Shown piece by piece: positions 16,533 through 26,587 of a stretch of DNA of 55,747 nucleotides. Both the position numbers and the translations under genes were made by a program. The DNA is taken from the NCBI GenBank assembly GCA_902634135.1, contig CACPJB010000003.1, positions 1 to 55,747 of the forward strand, given 5' to 3'. Positions within the stretch are counted from its first letter, which is position 1; every line of letters starts with the position of its first letter. This DNA is from an uncultured Marinoscillum sp. Lineage in GTDB: Bacteria; Bacteroidota; Bacteroidia; Cytophagales; MED-G16. The notes under the pieces were generated by a model. It saw only the letters and a list, made by a program, of their open reading frames with translations, had not been told where the DNA came from and did no database searches.

Positions 16533-19346
16533 ATGAGTAAAAAAATCGAAATTTTTGGTGCTAGAGAAAATAACCTCAAGAATATTGATCTTGAGTTCAA
16601 CAAAAATAATCTGGTTGTAATTACTGGAGTTTCTGGAAGTGGTAAAAGCTCATTAGCATTTAATACTATTTATTCAGAGGGACAAAGAAGATATATGGAA
16701 AGTTTTTCTGCATATGCAAGATCTTTTATTGGAAATATAGAAAGACCTGATGTTGATAAAATCAATGGCCTATCACCTGTTATTTCAATTGAACAAAAAA
16801 CAACATCAAAAAATCCAAGATCGACAGTTGGTACATTGACTGAGATATATGATTTTTTAAGATTACTATATGCTAGAGCTTCAGTTGCGTACTCTTATGA
16901 ATCGGGTAAAAAAATGATAAAACAATCTCAAGATCAGATTATCGAAAATATTAAAAAAGATTTTTTTGATAAAAAAGTAATTATTGCAGCACCAATTGTA
17001 AAAGGCAGAAAAGGTCATTATAAAGAATTATTTATTCAGATACGGAAAAAAGGGTTCGTTAATGTTAGGGTCGATGGAGAAATTTTAGAAATAAAAAAAA
17101 ATATGCAGCTTGATAGATATGTTATTCATGACATTGAAATTGTAGTGGATAAGTTATTTGTAAATGAAGATAATCTAAATAGACTATCTAATTCTATAGA
17201 TATTGCCATAAAAAGTGGAGACAAGAAATTATATGTAATAGACGAGTCTAATAATGCGAGATTTTATTCTAAAAGTCTAGTTGATCCTATCTCCGGAATA
17301 TCTTATGAAGAACCTTCACCAAATAGTTTTTCCTTTAATTCTCCATATGGTTGGTGTTCTTCATGTAAAGGCCTGGGTGTCGAAGATAAAATTTTAAAAG
17401 AAAAAATAATTGAGGATGAAAATCTTAGTATTAGTCGTGGTGGTATTGCTCCATTAGGTCAGTACAGAGATATGTGGGTATTTAAGAAAATTGATGCGAT
17501 ACTTAAAAAAAATAATTTAGATATTTCTACTCCAATAAAAAAAATTCCAGATGATATTCTAAATATAATTTTATTTGGTGAAAATATTGAAGTTGCTGTA
17601 GAATCTACAAAATACCCTGGAACATTGTGGCATACCTCATATAATGGAGTTAAGGGGTTTATAAATAAAACAATAAGGTTTAGATCTGGAAAAGCTAAAG
17701 ATTTTATGGATGATTTTATTACTAAATCTATTTGTGAAACTTGTTCAGGGAAAAGATTAAGAAAGGAGTCTTTGTATTTTAAAATTAATGAAGCTTCTAT
17801 TTCAGATCTTAACTCAATGGATATAAAAAAATTAAGAAATTGGATTTTTTCATTAGAGAAAAATTTAGATAAAAATCAGCAAATTATTGCTGAGCCTATA
17901 GTTAAGGAAATTAAGAAAAGGGTTGAATTAATGTGTAATCTAGGGTTAGAATATTTAAGTTTAGATAGACCATTAAGGACACTATCTGGGGGTGAAGCAC
18001 AAAGAATTAGGCTAGCTACTCAAATAGGTACTAAGCTAGTAGGCGTTTTATATATATTAGACGAACCTAGTATTGGTTTGCACCAGAGAGATAATCATAA
18101 ATTAATAGATTCTCTAAAAGAATTAAGAGACTTAGGGAATACTGTAATTGTAGTAGAACATGACAGAGAAATGATGGAAAATGCTGATAATATTATAGAT
18201 ATTGGACCTGGTCCAGGGTCAGATGGGGGATATGTAGTAGCTCAAGGTGACCCTTCTAATTTTTTAAATAGTAAATCATTAACGTCTAATTATTTGTCAA
18301 GGAAATTGGATATTTCAATACCGGAAATAAGAAGAAGTGGAAATGGAAAGTTTTTAAATTTAAATGGTGCAAAAGGAAATAATTTAAGAAATGTTAATCT
18401 GTCTCTTCCCCTTGGATGTTTGATTTGTGTTACTGGGGTTTCTGGAAGTGGCAAATCTTCACTAGTTCACGGAACTTTATCTTCTATTTTAAAAAAAGAA
18501 TTATATCGGTCTAAAAAGGAATGCTTACCATATGAAAAAATTGATGGATTAAAAAATATCAATAAGTTGATTGAAGTAGACCAGTCTCCAATAGGAAGGA
18601 CACCAAGGTCAAACCCTGCTACATACACCGGAGTATTTACGGATATAAGAAATCTTTTCTCGTCATTAAATGAATCAAAAATTAGAGGGTTAAAGCAAGG
18701 GGCTTTTTCATTTAATGTTAAGGGCGGGCGTTGTGAAACATGTAGAGGCGCTGGAGTCAGGTTAGTTGAAATGGACTTTTTACCAAATGTTTTTGTTAAT
18801 TGTGAATCTTGTTATGGTAAAAGATACAATAGAGATACTCTAGAAGTGCGTTATAAAGGAAAGTCTATATCAGATGTATTAGATATGACAGTTTCTGATG
18901 CGGTTGATTTTTTTAGTAAGCAGCCAAAAATTTCTAATAAACTTAGAGCATTAGATGAGGTTGGGTTAGGATATATAAAATTAGGTCAACCCTCAACAAT
19001 GCTTTCCGGAGGAGAGGCTCAGCGCGTAAAACTTGCATCTGAATTATATAAGAAAGACACAGGCAACACTCTTTTCATTCTTGATGAGCCAACTACTGGT
19101 TTACATTTCTATGATATTCAAAATTTAATGGTTGTAATAAATAGTCTTGTTGATCGTGGGAATACAGTAGTTATAATTGAACACAATATGGATGTTATTA
19201 AATGTGCTGATTATATAATTGACCTTGGTCCTGAGGGTGGTGACAAAGGTGGACAAATTATAGCACAGGGAAAGCCAGAAAAAATTATTAATAACAAGAA
19301 AAGCTATACTGGAAATTACCTTAAAAATGAATTGTTTAATACATGA
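16533..19346 (+). CDS. uvrA: Excinuclease ABC subunit A
   Basis: Two GVSGSGKS Walker A, two LSGGEAQR signatures, EGQRRY, IGRTPRSNPATY. Confidence 0.98.
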   Translation: MSKKIEIFGARENNLKNIDLEFNKNNLVVITGVSGSGKSSLAFNTIYSEGQRRYMESFSAYARSFIGNIERPDVDKINGLSPVISIEQKTTSKNPRSTVGTLTEIYDFLRLLYARASVAYSYESGKKMIKQSQDQIIENIKKDFFDKKVIIAAPIVKGRKGHYKELFIQIRKKGFVNVRVDGEILEIKKNMQLDRYVIHDIEIVVDKLFVNEDNLNRLSNSIDIAIKSGDKKLYVIDESNNARFYSKSLVDPISGISYEEPSPNSFSFNSPYGWCSSCKGLGVEDKILKEKIIEDENLSISRGGIAPLGQYRDMWVFKKIDAILKKNNLDISTPIKKIPDDILNIILFGENIEVAVESTKYPGTLWHTSYNGVKGFINKTIRFRSGKAKDFMDDFITKSICETCSGKRLRKESLYFKINEASISDLNSMDIKKLRNWIFSLEKNLDKNQQIIAEPIVKEIKKRVELMCNLGLEYLSLDRPLRTLSGGEAQRIRLATQIGTKLVGVLYILDEPSIGLHQRDNHKLIDSLKELRDLGNTVIVVEHDREMMENADNIIDIGPGPGSDGGYVVAQGDPSNFLNSKSLTSNYLSRKLDISIPEIRRSGNGKFLNLNGAKGNNLRNVNLSLPLGCLICVTGVSGSGKSSLVHGTLSSILKKELYRSKKECLPYEKIDGLKNINKLIEVDQSPIGRTPRSNPATYTGVFTDIRNLFSSLNESKIRGLKQGAFSFNVKGGRCETCRGAGVRLVEMDFLPNVFVNCESCYGKRYNRDTLEVRYKGKSISDVLDMTVSDAVDFFSKQPKISNKLRALDEVGLGYIKLGQPSTMLSGGEAQRVKLASELYKKDTGNTLFILDEPTTGLHFYDIQNLMVVINSLVDRGNTVVIIEHNMDVIKCADYIIDLGPEGGDKGGQIIAQGKPEKIINNKKSYTGNYLKNELFNT

Positions 19347-20454
19347 TCTTTTCAGTTATATAGTCAGATATTTTTTTCCCTTTATTAGTTAAGTTTAAGC
19401 TAAGTTTATCTTTTGTAATTAAATTCTCATTTAACAACATTAATATTTCTGAACTTTTCTCTTTGAAGAACTGAACATTATATTTTTTCTTTAGTTCATA
19501 ATTATTAATTCCTTTATTAGTTCTTATTCTTGTTAGAATGTATTCGTTAATTTTTTGTTTTAATGTTAACTTTTCTTTTTCGTAATAAATTTCCTTTTTA
19601 TTAATTAAATCTATATAAGCCTTGTTTTTATTTATATTCCAATATCTGTATTTTTTATCATATGAATGTGCGCTTGGGCCAAATCCAATATATTGTTCAT
19701 CATTCCAATAATTTGAGTTATGTTTTGAATAAAATCCCTTTTTTGAAAAGTTAGATATTTCATAATTTTCATAACCATACCTCTCTAATTTTTTAAGAAT
19801 TATATCATATTGTTTTAGTATCTCGTCTTCTTTTGGCAGTATCAATTTTTTATTTTCTAGTTGTTTTTGAAAGACAGTTTTATTTTCAATGGTCATGTTA
19901 TATATTGATATATGAGGAGGATCAAATGATTTTAGAGTTTTTAAATCACTATTTACTGTTTTAACGGATGATAAGGGTGTCCCAAACATTAGGTCAATAG
20001 AAAAATTCTCAAAGTATTTTTTTAATAATTTAATGGATTTTTTAGCTTGATCACCACTATGGACTCTGTTAAGTTTTTTAAGAATAGATTCATTGAATGA
20101 CTGTACTCCAAGACTTAATCTATTTACACCTATTTTTTTCCAATTTTTCAGCTTTTCTTCTGAAATATCATCGGGATTAGCCTCTAGAGTTATTTCACAT
20201 TTTTTTGACACATTGTATTTCTGAAAAATCTTTCTAAGAATAATTTCTAAAAAGTTTTCATCAACTATAGAGGGTGTGCCCCCTCCAAAATAAATTGTGG
20301 ATATATTTTTTATTTTGAATTTTTTTTGATTGATTTCAATTTCTTGGATAATTGTATTTAATATTTCATCATGCTTATTTAAAGTGCTAAAATGAAAATT
20401 ACAATAATGACAAGCTTTCTTACAGAAGGGAATATGGATATAGACACCAGCCAT
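19336..20454 (-). CDS. hemW: Radical-SAM heme chaperone HemW
   Basis: YIHIPFCKKACHYCNF (CxxxCxxC), YFGGGTPS, YEISNF, HNSNYW. Confidence 0.9.
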   Translation of the reverse strand: MAGVYIHIPFCKKACHYCNFHFSTLNKHDEILNTIIQEIEINQKKFKIKNISTIYFGGGTPSIVDENFLEIILRKIFQKYNVSKKCEITLEANPDDISEEKLKNWKKIGVNRLSLGVQSFNESILKKLNRVHSGDQAKKSIKLLKKYFENFSIDLMFGTPLSSVKTVNSDLKTLKSFDPPHISIYNMTIENKTVFQKQLENKKLILPKEDEILKQYDIILKKLERYGYENYEISNFSKKGFYSKHNSNYWNDEQYIGFGPSAHSYDKKYRYWNINKNKAYIDLINKKEIYYEKEKLTLKQKINEYILTRIRTNKGINNYELKKKYNVQFFKEKSSEILMLLNENLITKDKLSLNLTNKGKKISDYITEKIMY

Positions 20455-20457
20455 TTT

Positions 20458-21180
20458 ATGTTTTTTTTAATACAGATACAAAAAAAATCATTTTATGATT
20501 ATAACTCCATATTATTATCTTTTTTTATTATAACCCTAATTTTCACCTATTATAAGATTAATTATTCCTTATTTTTTAAAAAATATTTTCATTTAAAAAA
20601 TATTATTTATTTAGGAAATCAAGAGGATTTTTTTTTCAGAAGTCAGGTATTTTCATTTGGAAATACAATCCCAATTCTTTTGTACTCAATAATTATTTCT
20701 TTTTTTTCAGTATTTGTTTTTGAGGATGCTAATTATATTGTTTTTGAAACAAATATAGATCTTAGTCTATTTCAAAAGTGGATATTATTCTCTTTACCTC
20801 TTCTTTTATTTATTTTCTTGAGATTAATCATAATATTTATTACTCTTCGATTCATTCAATTAACTATAAAAATTAAAAAAATATTCATATTAAACTTCTT
20901 GAGATTAACCATTATCCTTAGTTTATTAAACGTTTTCTCTTCCTACATAATCTATGAGTTATCTTCTTTTGATTTTGCTTTTGCCTACTTAAATTTTATT
21001 AAACTTATAATAATATTTGCTAGGCCAATCATTTTATATTCTTATTTTAAAAGAATTTCTTATGATAATATTTCTAAAATATTATTAGTTATACTAATAG
21101 CTGATTTGATACCATCAATCATATTATATGATAATTTATTATTTATAGATTTCTTTAAATATTTAATTAGCTTATTTTAA
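20458..21180 (+). CDS. Polytopic membrane protein, probably a divergent DUF4271
   Basis: Very hydrophobic ORF in the hemW<>DUF4271-hemD-porP position; ATG 20458 avoids overlap with hemW; call rests mainly on synteny. Confidence 0.55.
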   Translation: MFFLIQIQKKSFYDYNSILLSFFIITLIFTYYKINYSLFFKKYFHLKNIIYLGNQEDFFFRSQVFSFGNTIPILLYSIIISFFSVFVFEDANYIVFETNIDLSLFQKWILFSLPLLLFIFLRLIIIFITLRFIQLTIKIKKIFILNFLRLTIILSLLNVFSSYIIYELSSFDFAFAYLNFIKLIIIFARPIILYSYFKRISYDNISKILLVILIADLIPSIILYDNLLFIDFFKYLISLF

Positions 21181-21191
21181 ATTCAATTATT

Positions 21192-21199
21192 TAACTTTG
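21192..21199 (+). promoter_or_regulatory. -7 box TAACTTTG upstream of hemD
   Basis: TANNTTTG match 19 nt before ATG 21219. Confidence 0.55.
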
Positions 21200-21218
21200 T
21201 CACCAAAAAACATCTAAA

Positions 21219-22016
21219 ATGAGTGAAATCAAATACGATAAAAAAAGATTAAATCCTGTCAAATCAATATTGGTTTCACAGCCTGAACCTAAAGATGATA
21301 ATTCACCTTTTCATAGATTAGCTAAAAAATATGATCTAAAACTTGATTTTAAACCATTTATTAAAATTGATCCTGTTTCAATTAAAGACTTTAGAAAACA
21401 AAAAATTAATATATTAAATCATACTGCTATAATTTTTACAAGTAGAAATGCCGTAGATCATTTTTTTAGAATAGCTGATGGTATGAACGTAACAGTTCCT
21501 ACTGATATGAAATATTTTTGTATATCTGAACAAACAGCAAACTATTTACAGAAATATATAGTAATTAGAAAAAGAAAGATATTTACTGGAGAAAGAACAA
21601 TAGCTGAGCTTTTACAGGTTATGAAGGATTCTATGGTAAAATTTCCTGATGAGAAGTATCTATTTCCTTGTTCTAATATAACTAGAGATACAATATCTGA
21701 ATTTTTAAAAGAAAATAATTGTACTTATTCTGAAGCAATTATTTACAATACCGTCCCGAGTGACTTAAAAAAATTAAAAAAAGTATTTTACGATGTTTTA
21801 GTTTTTTATACACCATACGGAATAGATTCTTTAGTTAAAAACTTTCCTGATTTTGAACAAAACAACACAAGAATTGCTGGATTTGGTAAAAATACAGCTA
21901 AAGCCATAAAAGAAAATAATTTAAAATTAGATATTAAAGCTCCAATGAAAGACGTTCCTTCAATGACAAGAGCAATTGAGCTTTATATTAAGCAGGCAAA
22001 TAATATAACTAAATGA
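21219..22016 (+). CDS. hemD: Uroporphyrinogen-III synthase (Bacteroidota type)
   Basis: VKSILVSQP, FTSRNAVDHFF, MKYFCISE, YLQKYIVIRKRKIF. Confidence 0.88.
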   Translation: MSEIKYDKKRLNPVKSILVSQPEPKDDNSPFHRLAKKYDLKLDFKPFIKIDPVSIKDFRKQKINILNHTAIIFTSRNAVDHFFRIADGMNVTVPTDMKYFCISEQTANYLQKYIVIRKRKIFTGERTIAELLQVMKDSMVKFPDEKYLFPCSNITRDTISEFLKENNCTYSEAIIYNTVPSDLKKLKKVFYDVLVFYTPYGIDSLVKNFPDFEQNNTRIAGFGKNTAKAIKENNLKLDIKAPMKDVPSMTRAIELYIKQANNITK

Positions 22017-22963
22017 AGAAATTTTTAATATTATTTTTTTCTTTATTATGGGCTAATGTTAGTTTAAAAGCTCAGCAAGACCCTTATTTTAGCACTTACT
22101 TAGTAAATCCATCTATTGTAAATTCTAGTTTATCTTCACTATATAACAATAATAATGTGGTTCTAGTGTATAGAAATCAGTGGGCTAATTATAATCCAAC
22201 GAATTTGTCTGTTTCTTCAGAATCTCCTAGTACAGGAATTTTATCTTTGAATTTAAAAAATAGAGATAAATCAGTTTCATTTGGAATGAATATAATTACT
22301 GATAATCTTGGGCCAAAAGAAGTCTTTAATTTATCGCCTTATTTAAGTATATCAAAAAAAATTAATAATTCTTATTTCAGTTTTGGTGTCTCCCCTTCAT
22401 TTAAAAGTACTACTTTAAATTTTAGTTCCTTAATATTTGTAAATCCATCTGATCCTTTTAATATTGAGAGGAAGCAAACACAGTCTAAACCTGATTTGGG
22501 GTTTGGTATTTCATTCTATAATGATAAAATCTTATTAAGTCTTGCTGCTAAAAATTTAACTCAACCCTCATTTGATTTTGGTATAAATGACTTACAAAAC
22601 ACTGAAAACATAAATTTATCCTTTCTTGGTAAATATTTAATTGAGATTGATAGAGATTTGAACGTTGAGCCCTATCTTTTATTTAGATCTGATTTGAAGT
22701 CTTTTACCTTTGATCTTAGCGCTTTAGCTACTTATAAAGAAAATATGAGTATTGGCGCATCATATAGGTATGATGAAGCTATTGTTGGATTTTTAGGATA
22801 TCACTTCTTAAAAAAGAACAAATTATTTGTTGGATATTCTTTTGATTATATTGTTCATAATGTTAAGGCAAAAGCTCCAATATCTCATGAATTGATTGTA
22901 AAATATGATCTTCCTACCCCTCAATTAAAAAAACCAATAAGAACTCCTAGGTTTTTTTACTAA
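22013..22963 (+). CDS. porP: PorP/SprF family T9SS beta-barrel
   Basis: AQQDPYFS, YRNQW, GASYR, VGYSFD, SHEL, C-terminal IRTPRF; directly upstream of gldK. Confidence 0.9.
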   Translation: MKKFLILFFSLLWANVSLKAQQDPYFSTYLVNPSIVNSSLSSLYNNNNVVLVYRNQWANYNPTNLSVSSESPSTGILSLNLKNRDKSVSFGMNIITDNLGPKEVFNLSPYLSISKKINNSYFSFGVSPSFKSTTLNFSSLIFVNPSDPFNIERKQTQSKPDLGFGISFYNDKILLSLAAKNLTQPSFDFGINDLQNTENINLSFLGKYLIEIDRDLNVEPYLLFRSDLKSFTFDLSALATYKENMSIGASYRYDEAIVGFLGYHFLKKNKLFVGYSFDYIVHNVKAKAPISHELIVKYDLPTPQLKKPIRTPRFFY

Positions 22964-23089
22964 TTTTTTAAGACTTCATTAAGACATTCAAATTTAGCAT
23001 TCATAGATAGTTTCATTATATTTGTTTAAATTTCTAACTAAATATTTATCGTTCAAAAACAATAATTTAGATATTTTAAAGTTAAGTTT

Positions 23090-23097
23090 TAACTTTG
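23090..23097 (+). promoter_or_regulatory. -7 box TAACTTTG upstream of gldK (second match TATATTTG at 23019-23026)
   Basis: TANNTTTG overlaps the track's TTG start at 23095, favouring ATG 23107. Confidence 0.5.
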
Positions 23098-23106
23098 CGT
23101 TTAATT

Positions 23107-24144
23107 ATGTTTAAAACCAATACAAATATTTCTCTAGTTTTATACTGCTTAATGGCACTAGTCATATGTGGTTGTGGTTTGCTCGGAGGTGGGTCAAGTA
23201 AGAAAAATCCAAGAGGACAATTAGTAGGTACATTAGATAGAGATGGCTTTGAAATGTCAGCTCAATATGGTATGGTATATATTCCCACGGGAAGATTTTA
23301 TATGGGTCAAGCTGATGAAAATATTCAAGCAGATCAAAGTAATTTTAATAGGCAAGTTACTATAAGTGCTTTTTATATGGATGATACTGAAATTACTAAC
23401 GATGAATACAGACAATTTATTCAATATATTGAAGAGAATCCAGACTTCGAGCTATCAGAGGGAACCACTATTGAATCATTAAAGCCTGACACAACTGTAT
23501 GGTCAAGCGATTTTACTAATCATTATGGAGATCCTTTATTGGCATATTATTGGTCACACCCAGCTTTTGATGATTATCCAGTTGTTGGAGTATCATGGGA
23601 ATCTGCAAGAGAGTTTGCTAAATGGAGAACAGGTTTTTTAAACAGCTATAGAGAAGAACAGGGTCTTTTACCTTTTCCATCATTCAGGTTACCAACAGAA
23701 GCTGAATGGGAATATGCAGCTAGGGGCGGTAGAGATAACGTTAAATATCCATGGGGTAACCCATATACAAGAAATTCTAGAGGGTGTGTTTTAGCAAATT
23801 TTAAACCAGGAAGAGGAAACTATGTAGATGATGGTTATGCTTATACATCTCCCGTTGGTGTGTTTTTCCCTAATGATTTTGGCCTTTATGACATGTCTGG
23901 TAATGTAGCTGAGTGGTGTGAGGATGCATACATTGACTCCTATAATCCTCTTGTATGGGATTTAAACCCGATTTATAGAGATGATTCTAATGATAAAAAA
24001 GTTATCAGAGGAGGATCATGGAAAGATATAGCTTTCTTTATTGAAGTAGCTACTAGAACCTTTGAATATAAAGACTCCACAAGAGCATTCATTGGATTTA
24101 GAACAGCTATGCCTCATTTAGGTAGAAATTTAGAAGGTTTATAG
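23107..24144 (+). CDS. gldK: Gliding motility/T9SS lipoprotein GldK (PorK)
   Basis: Lipobox ICGC; FGE-sulfatase-like motifs FYMDDTEITNDEY, YPVVGVSW, RLPTEAEWEYAARGG, LANFKPGRGNY; precedes gldLMN. Confidence 0.92.
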   Translation: MFKTNTNISLVLYCLMALVICGCGLLGGGSSKKNPRGQLVGTLDRDGFEMSAQYGMVYIPTGRFYMGQADENIQADQSNFNRQVTISAFYMDDTEITNDEYRQFIQYIEENPDFELSEGTTIESLKPDTTVWSSDFTNHYGDPLLAYYWSHPAFDDYPVVGVSWESAREFAKWRTGFLNSYREEQGLLPFPSFRLPTEAEWEYAARGGRDNVKYPWGNPYTRNSRGCVLANFKPGRGNYVDDGYAYTSPVGVFFPNDFGLYDMSGNVAEWCEDAYIDSYNPLVWDLNPIYRDDSNDKKVIRGGSWKDIAFFIEVATRTFEYKDSTRAFIGFRTAMPHLGRNLEGL

Positions 24145-24192
24145 AAAAAACATTAATTTTAAAAAAAGAAAAACAATTAAATTTTATAAAAA

Positions 24193-24942
24193 ATGATTAC
24201 TAAAAAAAGATCGAATAATTTTATTCTAAGATGGATTCAAAATGAAGACAACATGAATCTTCTTTATGGCCTAGGTGCAGCTGTTGTGATTCTAGGTGCT
24301 TTATTTAAGTTACAAGGATGGCCTTTTGCTAACGAAATGCTAATAATTGGGCTTTTAGCTGAAGCATTTATCTTTGCTGTAAGTGCTTTTGATCCACCAA
24401 CATCTCACGAGTGGGATTGGAGCAAAGTTTATCCCCAGTTAATGCCTGAAGGAAAAGGCTCAAATGCTACTCAATTTAAAGATATGATGAAAGAAGCTCA
24501 ATTAGATTCTTCTGTATTGAAAAGTGTTGGAGATGGAATGAAAAAAATGGCAACTCAAGCTAGTAATATTAATGAATTAGCTGGATCATCAGTTGCTGCA
24601 AAAGAATACTCAGATAGTATTAAAAGCGCTACAAATTCTTTAAAATCTGTAAATGAATCTTATAATACTATTTCGTCTACTGCTCAAGATCTTGCGGCTT
24701 CATCAACTAGTGTGAAGGAGGCTGTAAATCTAACACAAGAATATAAAGAGAATTTAAAGAATGCCTCGAGTTCTTTAGGTGCAATTGTTGATGCTTCAGG
24801 TCAGATTACAGAAACTGCAAAAAGTATGACAAACGCTCAAAATGATGCGGTTAGATTACAGAAAGAACTTCAAGATCTTACTGAAAATTTAAGTAAACTA
24901 AATAAAATTTATGTTGGCATGTATGATGCTATGCATAAATAA
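24193..24942 (+). CDS. gldL: T9SS/gliding motor subunit GldL (PorL)
   Basis: YGLGAAVVILGALFK, GLLAEAFIF (conserved TM Glu), WSKVYPQL, LNKIYVGM. Confidence 0.95.
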   Translation: MITKKRSNNFILRWIQNEDNMNLLYGLGAAVVILGALFKLQGWPFANEMLIIGLLAEAFIFAVSAFDPPTSHEWDWSKVYPQLMPEGKGSNATQFKDMMKEAQLDSSVLKSVGDGMKKMATQASNINELAGSSVAAKEYSDSIKSATNSLKSVNESYNTISSTAQDLAASSTSVKEAVNLTQEYKENLKNASSSLGAIVDASGQITETAKSMTNAQNDAVRLQKELQDLTENLSKLNKIYVGMYDAMHK

Positions 24943-24976
24943 AATTTGATAAAATAATTTTATAAAAATATAAATT

Positions 24977-26584
24977 ATGGCTGCTGGTAGTAATCCTAGA
25001 CAGAAAATGATTAACCTAATGTATTTAGTGTTAATTGCTATGTTAGCTTTAAATGTTGATACTAAAGTTCTGAAAAAGTTTATACTTATAAATGAAAGCT
25101 TTGAATCAACTAACTCTGAAAAAGTAGTAGATAATTCTAATAAAATAGAAGCAATAAGGTCTGCAGTTAATGACTCAGGAAATAGGAAAGAAGACACAGA
25201 TGTTCTTTCATTATCAGAGTCAGTTAGAGAAAAGTCAGATGCTGTTATTAACTATATGGCAGAAATTAAAAATACTATTATAGTAGAAACAGGAGGAAAA
25301 GATGCTAAGACCGGTATTAAAGGTTATAAAGACATAGACTTTGTATATAGTTTTATGCAAAAAGATGAAGATAAAAACGGCTTAAGTAATGGAGATGAGT
25401 TACAAAATTTTATTAATGAATTTTCAACTTTTATTCAAGATTCAGTTTATAATGGGGATGAAAATTCTGGTATTCATGATTTGGCTAGAAACGCTGATCA
25501 GATCCCAATGTATGCAGATGATCCACCAACAGATCCTTCATTTACTAAATTAAATTTTGGCTTTGGTACTTCTGCGGGGGCTGGACTTGCCACCTTAAGT
25601 CAATTACAGGCAGATGTTATCAATCTTGAAATCAAGGCATTAGATAAATTGGCAGCTTCAGTTGGAGCAGCTGACTTAAAGTTTGATGTAGTAACTCTTA
25701 CAACATTACCTGAACAAAAAGTGGTTGCTGCTGGGGCTAAGTACAGAACTCAACTGTTTTTATCTGCTGCATCTTCTGCAATAGTTCCAACAATGACAGC
25801 TGATGGCGATACATTAGAAGTTACTAATGGAAGAGGATATTATGAATTTACTGCTAAGGGTGCTCAATATGATAGAGAGGGATTATCAAAGCAAAGTTAT
25901 ATTGGTACAATAAGTGTTACACTTCCTGGTGGTAGAGATACAACTTTTATTGATACTGTTGAGTATTTTGTTGCTAGACCTGTAATTCAGATTCAGTCTG
26001 CTTCTGTTCAGGCATTATATCTAAATTGTGGTAATGAAATTACTGTTAATGTTCCAGCATTAGGTTCTGAGTATAATCCTACCTTCTCAGCGAGAGGCGG
26101 GGATGTTGTCAGAGGTTCAAAAGCTGGTCAGGTAACTATTATTCCAAAATCAAAAAAAGTTGATTTAAATGTTAGTAATGCTGGGAACTTTATTGGTTCA
26201 CAATCATTTGGAGTAAGGCAAATACCTGCTCCGGAAATTAAAGCTAGAATTAGAGGGAAGGAGATTGATGCAAAAACCGGAATCCCAGTCAGTACGCCAA
26301 GCTTCAGTCTAGACGCAATTGCTGACGCAAGTTTTGCAGAGTTTTTACCAAAAGATGCTCGTTTCCAGGTTAGGGAGGCTGAAGTAAATTTGGTAAGAGC
26401 TGGTAGAGGTGTTTCTAGACAAAGAGTAAACAGTAAAGATGTAAATCTGAATAAATTAGCTGGTAAAAGAAAAGGGGATAATATTGTGATTGAAATAAAG
26501 CGAGTGGCTAGAGCAAATTTTAGAGGAGAAGTTGAGGAATTCAAAAATTTTGCTCCTAGATATATAACAATACCATTAAAATAA
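24977..26584 (+). CDS. gldM: T9SS/gliding motor subunit GldM (PorM)
   Basis: PRQKMINLMYLVLIAMLALNV N-terminal TM motif; ALYLNCGN. Confidence 0.95.
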   Translation: MAAGSNPRQKMINLMYLVLIAMLALNVDTKVLKKFILINESFESTNSEKVVDNSNKIEAIRSAVNDSGNRKEDTDVLSLSESVREKSDAVINYMAEIKNTIIVETGGKDAKTGIKGYKDIDFVYSFMQKDEDKNGLSNGDELQNFINEFSTFIQDSVYNGDENSGIHDLARNADQIPMYADDPPTDPSFTKLNFGFGTSAGAGLATLSQLQADVINLEIKALDKLAASVGAADLKFDVVTLTTLPEQKVVAAGAKYRTQLFLSAASSAIVPTMTADGDTLEVTNGRGYYEFTAKGAQYDREGLSKQSYIGTISVTLPGGRDTTFIDTVEYFVARPVIQIQSASVQALYLNCGNEITVNVPALGSEYNPTFSARGGDVVRGSKAGQVTIIPKSKKVDLNVSNAGNFIGSQSFGVRQIPAPEIKARIRGKEIDAKTGIPVSTPSFSLDAIADASFAEFLPKDARFQVREAEVNLVRAGRGVSRQRVNSKDVNLNKLAGKRKGDNIVIEIKRVARANFRGEVEEFKNFAPRYITIPLK

Positions 26585-26587
26585 ATT

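Noticed and set aside
22989-22996. Minus-strand TAAATTTG as an antisense promoter into porP
   Set aside because: The motif arises often by chance in AT-rich DNA and has no downstream gene or other support
23107-24144. Formylglycine-generating enzyme (sulfatase maturation)
   Set aside because: Lipobox and position before gldLMN identify it as GldK, which shares the fold
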